Assembly (NCBI GenBank): GCA_017505525.1 | Contig: JAFVPB010000002.1 | Location: forward strand, 163,508 to 227,507 | Direction of reading: 5' to 3' | DNA length: 64,000 bases | From: Clostridia bacterium | GTDB lineage: Bacteria; Bacillota; Clostridia; UMGS1883 | Shown here: positions 55,650-64,000 of the stretch, piece by piece | Numbering within the stretch: position 1 is the stretch's first letter | Layout of the letters: every line of letters starts with the position of its first letter | The notes under the pieces: generated by a model | Seen by the model: only the letters and a program-made list of their open reading frames with translations | Database searches by the model: none | Told to the model about the DNA's origin: nothing | Made by a program: the position numbers and the translations under genes

Positions 55650-55680
55650 ATGTTCAAGACCATTGCTTGACACAAACGAT

Positions 55681-55709
55681 ATTATAATATACCTTTAGAA
55701 AAATGTCAA
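55681..55709 (-). promoter_or_regulatory. Consensus promoter of the tRNA-Met/Glu/Val operon
   Basis: Minus strand TTGACA (55709-55704), 17 nt, TATAAT (55686-55681). The -35 overlaps the aroQ stop codon. Confidence 0.65.
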
Positions 55710-56155
55710 GAGTTTTTTTCATTTTTTTCCAAAGCATTACAAATTATTTCTAAAGCATGGCAGTATCCATCTGTTCCCTCTCCGCTTACAGTGGCAATTG
55801 AAGCCTCTTTCACATACGAAATTTTCCTGTATTCTTCGCGGCTGTCAACTTTTGAAATATGCACTTCAACGCACGGAAGCATCACCGCTTTAATGCTATC
55901 GGCTATTGCCACGCTTGTATGAGTATACCCCGCAGGATTGATTATTATACCATCAAACTTCTTATAGGCAGATTGAATTTTATCTATAATATCTCCTTCG
56001 TGGTTTGACTGATAGCACTCAATCTGCACTTTAAGCTCTTCGCCCTTTTTCATAATTTTTGAAATCAAATCAAAATACGTTTCTTTTCCGTAAATTTCGG
56101 GTTCGCGAATCCCAAGCATATTTATATTCGGTCCGTTTATAACAAGAATTTTCAT
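55706..56155 (-). CDS. aroQ: Type II 3-dehydroquinate dehydratase AroQ
   Basis: MKILVINGPNINMLGIREPEIYG...HISKV. Confidence 0.95.
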   Translation of the reverse strand: MKILVINGPNINMLGIREPEIYGKETYFDLISKIMKKGEELKVQIECYQSNHEGDIIDKIQSAYKKFDGIIINPAGYTHTSVAIADSIKAVMLPCVEVHISKVDSREEYRKISYVKEASIATVSGEGTDGYCHALEIICNALEKNEKNS

Positions 56156-57381
56156 ATTTGTGCTCCTTTCAGCGCATCAATTATTTTTTCTGCCGTAAGC
56201 TGAGGCGTGCTTTCCGCCTCAATTTCTATGTGGCAGAATTTTTCGTATAGGGGCAATCTTTCTTCAAAAAGTTTTTTTACTGCATCTTTTCCTTTTGAAA
56301 GAGGGCGGTTTGCAGTTGCAAGTGAATTTATATCTCTTTTCAAGAATACAACTGTTGAATTCTGGCGAAGCACTCCGAAATTTTCTTTTTGCGTTACCAC
56401 GCCGCCGCCCGTTGCTATCACGCAACCTGTTTTCTTCCCCAATTCACAAAGGATTTCGTGCTCTGCGTATCTGAATTCCTTTTCCCCTTTTGTTAAAATA
56501 AAATCAGAAGGATGCATATACGATTTTTCAATTTCAACATCGCTATCGTAAAATTCACGGTTGAGCTTCTTTGCCAGAATATTTCCCACAGTTGTTTTTC
56601 CGCACCCTGGCATTCCTACAAGAACAATATTCTTTGTTTTAAGTTCTATCGCGCGGCATATTTTTTCGATGCGCGAATTTTCAATTTCCTCTCCCGTAAA
56701 AATTTCTGCCGCTTTTTTTGCCTGTGCCACAAGCATACAAAGTCCGTTTATATGCTTTTTTCCAAGGCGCTCGGCATCCTCTAAAAGTTTTGTTTGCGAG
56801 GGATTATAAATAAGGTCGAGCACATAGGCGCATTTTTCAAATTTTTCAAGCTCAACGGGAGATATTCCGTTGTTGGGATACATCCCCACAGGCGTAGCAT
56901 TCACAAGCATGTGGCAATCAGTATACTCCCCTATTTTTTCAGGGGTGTTATCCTTATGGCTAAGCACTCTCACGCTTGATGCCCCCATATCAGAAAGAAC
57001 GGCACACACTGCCTTCGAGGCACCGCCGCCGCCAATTACAACGGCTGATTTATTTTCCACTTCGGCACCAAGTTTCTTAACCATTTCCATAAATCCGTAA
57101 TAATCGGTGTTATAGCCCGTAAGGGTATTGTTTTCATTCAAAACTGTGTTTACTGCACCGATTTTTTCAGCCTCGGGCGATATTTTATCAAGATATTCAA
57201 TTACATCATTTTTATATGGGATAGTAACGTTTAGCCCATCAAATCCGCGTTTTTTGAAAAAATCACTCAATTCATCCTTTTTCAGTTCTTTAAGAGCATA
57301 GCTATAATCACAAAGATACGAGTGAATTTCGGGCGAATACGAATGAGTTAAATGCTCCCCTATAAGATAAATGTTTTTCAT
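56152..57381 (-). CDS. aroE: Bifunctional shikimate dehydrogenase (N-terminal) / shikimate kinase (C-terminal) fusion
   Basis: N-terminal GEHLTHSYSPEIHS...IGGGGASKAV (AroE). C-terminal Walker A VGMPGCGKTTVG ... ATGGG (AroK). Confidence 0.9.
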   Translation of the reverse strand: MKNIYLIGEHLTHSYSPEIHSYLCDYSYALKELKKDELSDFFKKRGFDGLNVTIPYKNDVIEYLDKISPEAEKIGAVNTVLNENNTLTGYNTDYYGFMEMVKKLGAEVENKSAVVIGGGGASKAVCAVLSDMGASSVRVLSHKDNTPEKIGEYTDCHMLVNATPVGMYPNNGISPVELEKFEKCAYVLDLIYNPSQTKLLEDAERLGKKHINGLCMLVAQAKKAAEIFTGEEIENSRIEKICRAIELKTKNIVLVGMPGCGKTTVGNILAKKLNREFYDSDVEIEKSYMHPSDFILTKGEKEFRYAEHEILCELGKKTGCVIATGGGVVTQKENFGVLRQNSTVVFLKRDINSLATANRPLSKGKDAVKKLFEERLPLYEKFCHIEIEAESTPQLTAEKIIDALKGAQI

Positions 57382-58523
57382 GCTTCTCTGTAGCTCCCAA
57401 GATATTTTATATTATTTGTTCCAAGCGATTGCACAAGTTGGTCTATGGCAAGCGAAAGCTTATCCGAATAAACGGGCACATCAAGGTCGAAATAAAACAT
57501 AAATTCGAAATCACTTTCAGGAATGGGACGGCTTTCAAGCTTGAGTATGTTTATACCAAGCGAATAAAACACCGCCATAATATTATAAAGTGCGCCCGCC
57601 TTATGAGGCACCTTTAAAAGAAGGCTTGTTTTATCGGCGCCGGGATAAATTTCAAGGTCTTTTGAAAAACAGATGAAGCGTGTGTAGTTATTAGCTGAAT
57701 TCTGCACCTTATTCACAAGCACTTCAAGTCCGTATTGACCCGAGCATTCCTCCGAGCAGATTGCCCCGATATTCTTCGTTTTAGAATCTGCCACTTTTTT
57801 TGCTGCCATAGCAGTATTTTCACACGGAATTATCTTAACTTCCTTAGATAAGCCTGCAAGGAATTCACTGCACTGGCTTATTGCCTGTGGATGAGAATAG
57901 ATTTCCGTAACATCGGAAAGACTTGCGCCCTCGTTTACTACAAGTGAGTGCTCTATGTGCATTTTTGTACTGCGCACAATACTGAACTTATATTTCGCCA
58001 TAAGGGAATATATCTGGTTCACAGAACCTGCGCTGCTGTTTTCAAGAGGAACAACACCGTATTTGCAAAGTCCGTTACCAACCGCCTGAAAAACCGCCTC
58101 AAAGCTTTTGAAATACATAATTGATGGCTTTTCAAAAATCTTTTCACAAGCATGTGCCGAATGTGCTCCCTCTACTCCCTGGCAAGCCACAACGGCTTTT
58201 TCGGGGAACAACTGAGGTGTGTTTTTAACTGCATTCCTAATGTTTTCTGAAAGCTGCGATGCACCTTTAAGCATTTTATTCTGATACATTCTGCTGAGTT
58301 CAAGAAGCGAGCCGTAAAGTCGGCGCGCAGCATCTCCGTATTCGCCCGCCATATCCTCAATGTTGTTGAGCAACGCTCTTTCGCGCTCCCCATCGAAAAC
58401 AGGCATATTATTTTCCTTTTTATAGGATGCTATATCCTTTGCCGTTTCCATTCTCTCGCAAAAGAGCTTTACAAGCTCCTTGTCTATAGAATCAATTTTC
58501 TTTCTGCTTTCACTGATATCCAT
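57378..58523 (-). CDS. pheA: Bifunctional chorismate mutase / prephenate dehydratase (P-protein)
   Basis: N-terminal CM_2 helix (RKKIDSIDKELVKLFCERM), PDT domain (ENSSAGSV) and C-terminal ACT (ESRP). Confidence 0.9.
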   Translation of the reverse strand: MDISESRKKIDSIDKELVKLFCERMETAKDIASYKKENNMPVFDGERERALLNNIEDMAGEYGDAARRLYGSLLELSRMYQNKMLKGASQLSENIRNAVKNTPQLFPEKAVVACQGVEGAHSAHACEKIFEKPSIMYFKSFEAVFQAVGNGLCKYGVVPLENSSAGSVNQIYSLMAKYKFSIVRSTKMHIEHSLVVNEGASLSDVTEIYSHPQAISQCSEFLAGLSKEVKIIPCENTAMAAKKVADSKTKNIGAICSEECSGQYGLEVLVNKVQNSANNYTRFICFSKDLEIYPGADKTSLLLKVPHKAGALYNIMAVFYSLGINILKLESRPIPESDFEFMFYFDLDVPVYSDKLSLAIDQLVQSLGTNNIKYLGSYREA

Positions 58524-58539
58524 TTTTTATGCCTTCTTT

Positions 58540-59610
58540 CTAAAAAATCAAATCTGCTATTGCAATTGCCGCCGCCGCCTCAACACAGGGCACTGCCCTT
58601 TTTACTATGCAAGGATCGTGGCGCCCCTTTATACCAAGGGTCGTATTTTCTTTTTTTGATAACGATACTGTTTTTTGTTCAATTGCAATTGACGGAGTAG
58701 GTTTGAATCCCACGTTAAAAATTATCGGCATACCCGAAGATATCCCCCCGAGTATTCCTCCGTGGTTGTTTGTTGCCGTTACAATCTCTCCATCGGGCGA
58801 AATCATAAATTCATCGTTATTTTCCGAGCCGAGCATTCGGCTTGCCTCAAATCCTGCACCGAACTCTATCGCCTTAACTGCAGGAATAGCAAAAACAGCA
58901 CTGGAAATTCTGTTTTCAAGTCCTCCAAAATAGGTGTTTCCTATTCCGGCTTTCATTCCGCATATAACGCATTCTATCTGTCCGCCGATACTATCGCCCT
59001 TTTTTCTTGCTTCGAGTATGGCTTTTTTCATTTCTTCGCCTTTATCGATATTTATAACAGGGAATTCTCTATCGCACACAAAATCCTTTTGCGAAATATT
59101 AGTGGGATTGAATTTATCGTCTTCAATATTCCCGATTGAAGAAATATGTGCGCCTATATATATGCCCTTATCTTCAAGCATCTGCTTTAAAATGCCGCCC
59201 GCAACACACATCGGTGCAGTAAGTCTGCCCGAAAACTGACCTCCGCCGCAAACATCACGGTTATCCCCCCATTTTGCCCACGCAGCAAAATCAGCGTGTG
59301 AGGGACGTGGCGTGTCCTTTAAATTATCATAATCGGCAGAGCGTGTGTTTGTGTTTTCTATTTCGGCGCAAAGCGGTGCTCCGCACGTTTTGCCGTTCAC
59401 AATACCTGAAACAATTTTCACCTTATCCGCTTCTTTTCTCGGAGTGGAAAATTTATCGTTTCCCGGGGCGCGGCGCGCCATAAATTCACTAAGCTTTTCT
59501 TCGTCAAGCTCAAAGCCCGAGGGAAGATTTTCAATCACAACGCCCATCTTTTCGGAATGAGATTGACCAAACACCGATATTTTTATTTTTTCTCCATATG
59601 TAAAGCTCAT
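58540..59610 (-). CDS. aroC: Chorismate synthase AroC
   Basis: FGQSHS, RPSHAD and GRHDPC motifs. Confidence 0.95.
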   Translation of the reverse strand: MSFTYGEKIKISVFGQSHSEKMGVVIENLPSGFELDEEKLSEFMARRAPGNDKFSTPRKEADKVKIVSGIVNGKTCGAPLCAEIENTNTRSADYDNLKDTPRPSHADFAAWAKWGDNRDVCGGGQFSGRLTAPMCVAGGILKQMLEDKGIYIGAHISSIGNIEDDKFNPTNISQKDFVCDREFPVINIDKGEEMKKAILEARKKGDSIGGQIECVICGMKAGIGNTYFGGLENRISSAVFAIPAVKAIEFGAGFEASRMLGSENNDEFMISPDGEIVTATNNHGGILGGISSGMPIIFNVGFKPTPSIAIEQKTVSLSKKENTTLGIKGRHDPCIVKRAVPCVEAAAAIAIADLIF

Positions 59611-60857
59611 ATAATTTCTCCTCCCAGAAGAGTAAATTTTTCAAAGAAATCGGGGTATGATTTATTAACCGCCTGTGCACCTTTAATAGTAACATTCTCA
59701 TCACATATCACAGATGCCGCCGCTGCACTCATAGCAATTCTGTGGTCGTTAAAGCTATCTACGGTGCCACCCCTGAGTTTTCCTGTGCCAACTACCTTTA
59801 TGGAATTTTCATCTGCCGTTATTTTTCCACCCAGTGCTTTTATAAGAGCACAGGTCGATTCCACTCTGTCGCTTTCCTTTTCGCGAAGCCTTTTTATATT
59901 GTAAAATATGCTTTCTCCATCAGCTCCCGAGGCAACAACGCACAGAACGGGCACAATATCTGGAATATCCTCGCAATCAAGATGTATAGGCGAAAGAAGT
60001 GATTTTCTAACCGTTACTGCATCATTTTCTCTTGTTATATCTGCTCCCATTTCTTTTAGAATATCAACTATTTTTCCATCGCCCTGAACGGTATCTTCAT
60101 TTAGTCCTGAAAGCCTGATTTTTCCTCCGAGTGCACCTATGGCAAGATGGAATGCCGCATTTGAAAGGTCGCCCTCAACGAAAACCTCTCCCGTTGTTTT
60201 ATATCCATCGCTTTTTACTATATATCCATAATCCGTTTTAATAACTTCAGCGCCAAAGCTTTTCATAACCTCGGCAGTAATTTTTATATATGGTGCCGAT
60301 TTTATTTTACCCGTTATCTTTATTTCTCCGCCGCCGATATTTCCAAGCGCCATCATAAGGCCTGAAATGAACTGCGAGCTTACATCTCCTGTGATTTCAT
60401 AAACTCCGTTTTTCATTTTTCCTTCTATTTCGCAAGGAAGAGTTCCTTTGCCCCTACAAAATACCACTCCGCCACTTTCAAGGCACTCGCAAAGGGGCAG
60501 TATCGGGCGCTCGCCAAGTCTTTGCGAGCCGCAAAACGAAACCTTTTCGCCAAGTGATGCTGCCACAGGAAGCATAAACCTGAAGGTTGAACCGCTTTCC
60601 TTACAATCAATTTCACATTCTCTTGCGCGCTCTCCCACAGGCGTTACAAAAATGCTGTTTTCTTTTATTTCAAATTGTGCCCCCAAAGCAGAAAGTGCGT
60701 TCATTGTTGCGCGAGTATCTTCCGATAATTCACTGCACTTTATTTCGGTGCGTTTATCTGCAAGTGCAGCACATATTAAAATTCTGTGCATAAATGATTT
60801 CGATGGCGGAGCACAAAGCTCGCCGCAAAGCTCGTGCGGTTGTATTGTAACATTCAT
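59607..60857 (-). CDS. aroA: 3-phosphoshikimate 1-carboxyvinyltransferase (EPSP synthase) AroA
   Basis: PPSKSFMHR, LREKESDR and NDHRIAM motifs. Confidence 0.95.
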   Translation of the reverse strand: MNVTIQPHELCGELCAPPSKSFMHRILICAALADKRTEIKCSELSEDTRATMNALSALGAQFEIKENSIFVTPVGERARECEIDCKESGSTFRFMLPVAASLGEKVSFCGSQRLGERPILPLCECLESGGVVFCRGKGTLPCEIEGKMKNGVYEITGDVSSQFISGLMMALGNIGGGEIKITGKIKSAPYIKITAEVMKSFGAEVIKTDYGYIVKSDGYKTTGEVFVEGDLSNAAFHLAIGALGGKIRLSGLNEDTVQGDGKIVDILKEMGADITRENDAVTVRKSLLSPIHLDCEDIPDIVPVLCVVASGADGESIFYNIKRLREKESDRVESTCALIKALGGKITADENSIKVVGTGKLRGGTVDSFNDHRIAMSAAAASVICDENVTIKGAQAVNKSYPDFFEKFTLLGGEII

Positions 60858-61900
60858 CAGCCAATGCCCTCTTTCAGTATATCTGTAAGTTCTTCAAGCT
60901 TTATTTTCTGCACCTCACATCTTCCGATTTCAAGCGGAACAACAAGGTTTAATGTGCTTCCCTCAAGCTTTTTATCATTTGCACAAATCTCACAAAGTTC
61001 TTCGGCTTTAAATTCGCACTTGTTCAAAAGAGAGTTTTTTTCAAGCTCTTTTTCAAGATAACTAAGCGTTCCCTTTTCACACAAACCGCGGTTTTCCCAC
61101 GCCTTTGTAATTATTCTCATTCCCATTGCAACGGCATTTCCGTGAGTTATCTTAAATTCTGAAAGTGCCTCTATTGCGTGAGCCGCGGTGTGGCCGAAAT
61201 TTAAAAGTCTTCTTATTCCGCCCTCAAACTCATCTTTATGAACTATTTCGCTTTTTATTCTCACGCATTCAGCAATAATTTCAGTAATATTTTCTTCCAC
61301 CAACAGATTTGGAAGTTTATTTTTTGTTATCATGGCATACTTAATAATTTCCGCCATAGCATCGTTTAAAAATTCCTTCGGCAGTGTGGAAAGTACCGTT
61401 GGGTCTATAAGCACAAACTCGGGCTGATAAAACGCCCCTGCAAGATTTTTTCCCGCTTCAAGGTCTATAGCCGTCTTTCCTCCAACGGAAGAATCTACCA
61501 TCGCAAGAAGCGATGTTGGAATCTGCACAAAATTAATTCCACGCATATAGCTTGCCGCACTGAAGCCTGCAAGGTCGCCCGCAACTCCGCCACCAAGGGC
61601 AAAAACGCTATCGGTACGGGTAAAGTGATTTTCTGCAAGGAAATTTAAAATTTCAATAAAATTTTGTGCGTTTTTCGATTTTTCACCGCTTTCAAAAATA
61701 TATTCGCAAACCTCAATTCCCGATTCCAAGAGTGATTTTTTCACTCTTGGAAGATAAATGGGCGCAACATTTGTATCTGTTACAACACACACTTTTCCCT
61801 TTAAGCTATGCGAAAGTGCAATCTCCCCCGCTTTATCTATAAGGTTATTCTCTATAAGTACATTATATTTTTTTGAGGCTTCCACACAAATTGTTTCCAT
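60857..61900 (-). CDS. aroB: 3-dehydroquinate synthase AroB
   Basis: GGGVAGDLAGFSAASYMRGINFVQIPTSLLAMVDSSVGGKT. ATG at 61900 lies just after the tyrA stop; the alternative GTG at 61912 would overlap it. Confidence 0.93.
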   Translation of the reverse strand: METICVEASKKYNVLIENNLIDKAGEIALSHSLKGKVCVVTDTNVAPIYLPRVKKSLLESGIEVCEYIFESGEKSKNAQNFIEILNFLAENHFTRTDSVFALGGGVAGDLAGFSAASYMRGINFVQIPTSLLAMVDSSVGGKTAIDLEAGKNLAGAFYQPEFVLIDPTVLSTLPKEFLNDAMAEIIKYAMITKNKLPNLLVEENITEIIAECVRIKSEIVHKDEFEGGIRRLLNFGHTAAHAIEALSEFKITHGNAVAMGMRIITKAWENRGLCEKGTLSYLEKELEKNSLLNKCEFKAEELCEICANDKKLEGSTLNLVVPLEIGRCEVQKIKLEELTDILKEGIG

Positions 61901-61901
61901 A

Positions 61902-62732
61902 TCAATCAACACTTTCTTTTATTTTGGTGCCCTCTTCAAGAAGACTATGAAGTTTTTCTTTGTCTTTATCCTTTATTGCATCGGAATATTTTTTAAGATT
62001 TTCTATAAGCAAATCTATTTCAAATGCCAGATTATCGTCATTTTCAAGGAAAAGCTCCGCCCACATATCGCTGTTGAGCTTAGCCACGCGCGTTAAATCC
62101 TTATAGCTTCCTGCCGAAAACCCTTTGTGCACTTTTGCATTCGGGCTTTTAACATAGGCATTTGAAACAACGTGAGCAAGCTGAGATGTGTAGGCAATTA
62201 TTCTGTCGTGCTCCTCGCTGCTCGTTATTGTAACACTTTTAAAGCCTATTTCCACAAGAAGCTTTTTAACCTTTTCAAGCACCTCTATTTTCTCATCTTT
62301 TTCAGGTACAAGTATCATCGATGCTTTATCAAACATCGAAGCACGCGAATATTTAAAGCCTGAAAACTGAGTGCCTGCCATAGGATGGCCACCGATAAAT
62401 TTAAAGCCATATTTTTTTGCTATCTTAAAGCATTTGTCGCAAACTTCTCTTTTCGTTCCGGCGCAATCAACAACCACTGTGTTTTTTTCTATCTGCGGTG
62501 CAAATTTTTCAAGGAATTCCACCGTTGCCTGCGGATAAAGAGCAATAAAAACATATTCGCATTCTTTTATATTCTCGTTTGTAAGCTCTTCTTTTATTGC
62601 GCCTACAAGTTTTGAGCGCGCGATTGTGGAATTATCGATATCATAACCCACAACCTCGGTTCCACTAAGGGAAGAAAAACCTTTTGCAAGCGAGCCGCCA
62701 ATAAGGCCAAGCCCTGCCACTGCTATTTTCAT
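61902..62732 (-). CDS. tyrA: Prephenate dehydrogenase TyrA
   Basis: MKIAVAGLGLIGGSLAKG Rossmann motif and GGHPMAG. Confidence 0.9.
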   Translation of the reverse strand: MKIAVAGLGLIGGSLAKGFSSLSGTEVVGYDIDNSTIARSKLVGAIKEELTNENIKECEYVFIALYPQATVEFLEKFAPQIEKNTVVVDCAGTKREVCDKCFKIAKKYGFKFIGGHPMAGTQFSGFKYSRASMFDKASMILVPEKDEKIEVLEKVKKLLVEIGFKSVTITSSEEHDRIIAYTSQLAHVVSNAYVKSPNAKVHKGFSAGSYKDLTRVAKLNSDMWAELFLENDDNLAFEIDLLIENLKKYSDAIKDKDKEKLHSLLEEGTKIKESVD

Positions 62733-62744
62733 TATAACACCTTC

Positions 62745-63746
62745 TTATTTAATAGCTTCAAGAACTTTTTTAACCGCCTTTGCAGTATCTTCAAACTGCG
62801 CAGGAGTAAGCGACTGAGGTCCGTCGCAGCGAGCATACTGCGGATTATTGTGCACCTCTATCATAAGTCCGTCGGCTCCTACTGCAGCTGCCGAAAGCGA
62901 AAGAGGCTTAACAAGCCTTGATACGCCGCTTGCGTGGCTTGGGTCTACCACCACAGGCAGATGGCTTAATTCCTTAAGCATCGGAACTGCCGAAATATCA
63001 AGCGTATTTCTTGTGTAGGTTTCAAAAGTTCTTATTCCGCGCTCGCAAAGAATAACGTTTTCGTTTCCTTCCGACATAACGTATTCAGCACTCATCAAAA
63101 ACTCTTTCAGCGTATTTGCAAGTCCTCTTTTAAGAAGTATTGGCTTGTTCGTTTTTCCAAGCTCCTTTAAAAGCTCGAAATTCTGCATATTTCTTGCGCC
63201 AACCTGAATAACATCCACATCTTCAAAAAGAGGAATATGGTCTGCATTCATAATCTCGGTTACAATTGGAAGCCCCACCTCTTTTTTAGCCGTAAGCAAA
63301 AGCTTTAATCCCTCGTCTCGAAGTCCCTGGAAATCGTAGGGAGAAGTTCTGGGCTTAAATGCACCGCCGCGAAGCATAGTTGCACCTGCCGCTTTTACTG
63401 CTTTTGCAATTTCAACAATTTGTTCTTCCGATTCAACAGAGCAGGGGCCGGCGATAAGAGCGAAATTTCCGCATCCAACCTTTGTATTTCCAACCGTTAC
63501 AGTTGTGTCATCGGGATGAAATTTTCTGTTTGCATTTTTGAACGGATCTGATACTCTTGTAACCTGTGAAACTATATCAAGTCCCTCTAAAAGCTCGGTA
63601 TCAATTTTTGTGGTGTCGCCCACAAGACCGATTACAGTGTGAGTTTCACCCTTTGAAAAGTGCAGTTTAACATTTTGCGCCTCTATCCACGAAACAAGAT
63701 TGTCGAACTGTTCTTTTGAAGCATTGTTGTTTACTACTACTATCAT
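62745..63746 (-). CDS. aroF: 3-deoxy-7-phosphoheptulonate (DAHP) synthase, type I-beta, with an N-terminal ferredoxin-like regulatory domain
   Basis: IAGPCSVES...LRGGAFKPRTSPY...DPSH. About 70 aa of N-terminal extension before the catalytic barrel. Confidence 0.93.
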   Translation of the reverse strand: MIVVVNNNASKEQFDNLVSWIEAQNVKLHFSKGETHTVIGLVGDTTKIDTELLEGLDIVSQVTRVSDPFKNANRKFHPDDTTVTVGNTKVGCGNFALIAGPCSVESEEQIVEIAKAVKAAGATMLRGGAFKPRTSPYDFQGLRDEGLKLLLTAKKEVGLPIVTEIMNADHIPLFEDVDVIQVGARNMQNFELLKELGKTNKPILLKRGLANTLKEFLMSAEYVMSEGNENVILCERGIRTFETYTRNTLDISAVPMLKELSHLPVVVDPSHASGVSRLVKPLSLSAAAVGADGLMIEVHNNPQYARCDGPQSLTPAQFEDTAKAVKKVLEAIK

Positions 63747-63760
63747 TTCTACATCCCCTT

Positions 63761-63800
63761 AAAATAAAATAGGCTCCACAGTGATTGACACTGCAGAGCC
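63761..63800 (-). terminator. Attenuator terminator in the aroF leader
   Basis: Minus strand GGCTCTGCAGTG-tcaat-CACTGTGGAGCC (12 bp, two G-U pairs) followed by TATTTTATTTT, 15 nt before the aroF RBS. Confidence 0.7.
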
Positions 63801-63839
63801 ACCTAAATGAAATCTGATTAATTGCAGCACAAATCACTT

Positions 63840-63908
63840 TTACTTTTTGCCGTTGCTAAAGTAAAAGTAATAAAATGAGTATGCAGCTGAATTAACAGTA
63901 ACTTTCAT
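63840..63908 (-). CDS. Aromatic-rich leader peptide (22 aa) of the aro operon
   Basis: AGGAG RBS 7 nt upstream. ATG AAA GTT ACT GTT AAT TCA GCT GCA TAC TCA TTT TAT TAC TTT TAC TTT AGC AAC GGC AAA AAG TAA = MKVTVNSAAYSFYYFYFSNGKK. Confidence 0.7.
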   Translation of the reverse strand: MKVTVNSAAYSFYYFYFSNGKK

Positions 63909-63938
63909 CTTTTTTCTCCTAAAAAATTATTTTTATAC

Positions 63939-63967
63939 ATTCTAGCACACTAAAGTGGTGCTGTCAA
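63939..63967 (-). promoter_or_regulatory. Promoter of the aro operon
   Basis: Minus strand TTGACA (63967-63962), 17 nt, TAGAAT (63944-63939). Confidence 0.65.
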
Positions 63968-64000
63968 GACTTTTTATTCAACTTTATCAATATTTTTCGA

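Noticed and set aside
55210-55673. Three short ORFs (81, 77 and 60 aa)
   Set aside because: They are translations across the tRNA-Val/Glu/Met genes and their spacers, so they are artefacts.
63747-63940. T-box or other riboswitch upstream of aroF
   Set aside because: There is no T-box sequence (AATTAGGGTGGTACCGCG-like) or specifier-loop architecture. The region is fully explained by the leader-peptide attenuator.

Overview
Low-GC, Firmicutes/Clostridia-like chromosomal window; the taxon is inferred from gene content, GGAGG-type RBSs and TTGACA/TATAAT promoters. I support 58 protein genes, one leader-peptide ORF and 4 tRNAs. Core blocks: (i) a dcw cell-wall/division cluster on the minus strand, mraZ-rsmH-ftsL-PBP-murE-mraY-ftsW-murG-murA-ftsQ-ftsZ (12.6-25.1 kb); (ii) a glmM-(hexapeptide transferase)-glmS operon and a second murA (45.1-50.9 kb); (iii) a tRNA-Met/Glu/Val operon and a tRNA-Pro gene; (iv) an eight-gene aromatic amino-acid operon, aroF-tyrA-aroB-aroA-aroC-pheA-aroE/K-aroQ (55.7-63.7 kb). 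Between these lie AraC-controlled accessory modules of unclear function: a 1163-aa protein operon with a ComB-like phosphatase, an AtuA-like/DUF4387/Fe-S hydro-lyase operon, an amino-sugar-type locus, and two copies of an uncharacterised ~310-aa protein each paired with an AraC regulator. Most notable non-genic signals: a Tyr/Phe-rich 22-codon leader peptide with mutually exclusive helices and a terminator upstream of aroF; arrays of variable mini-hairpins separated by a constant ATATCG linker flanking a two-gene mini-island (3.8-5.5 kb); a DUF559 nuclease gene bracketed by inverted double-hairpin repeats; a 327-bp hairpin-rich element bounded by a duplicated terminator (44.8-45.15 kb); an XRE-HTH::GlmM fusion with a palindrome in its own promoter and no glmS ribozyme; four 10-nt-phased AGTG boxes in the mraZ leader; and tRNA-derived fragments next to tRNA-Pro and tRNA-Val. 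All functional calls come from reading the translated ORFs and motifs by eye. No database search was run.
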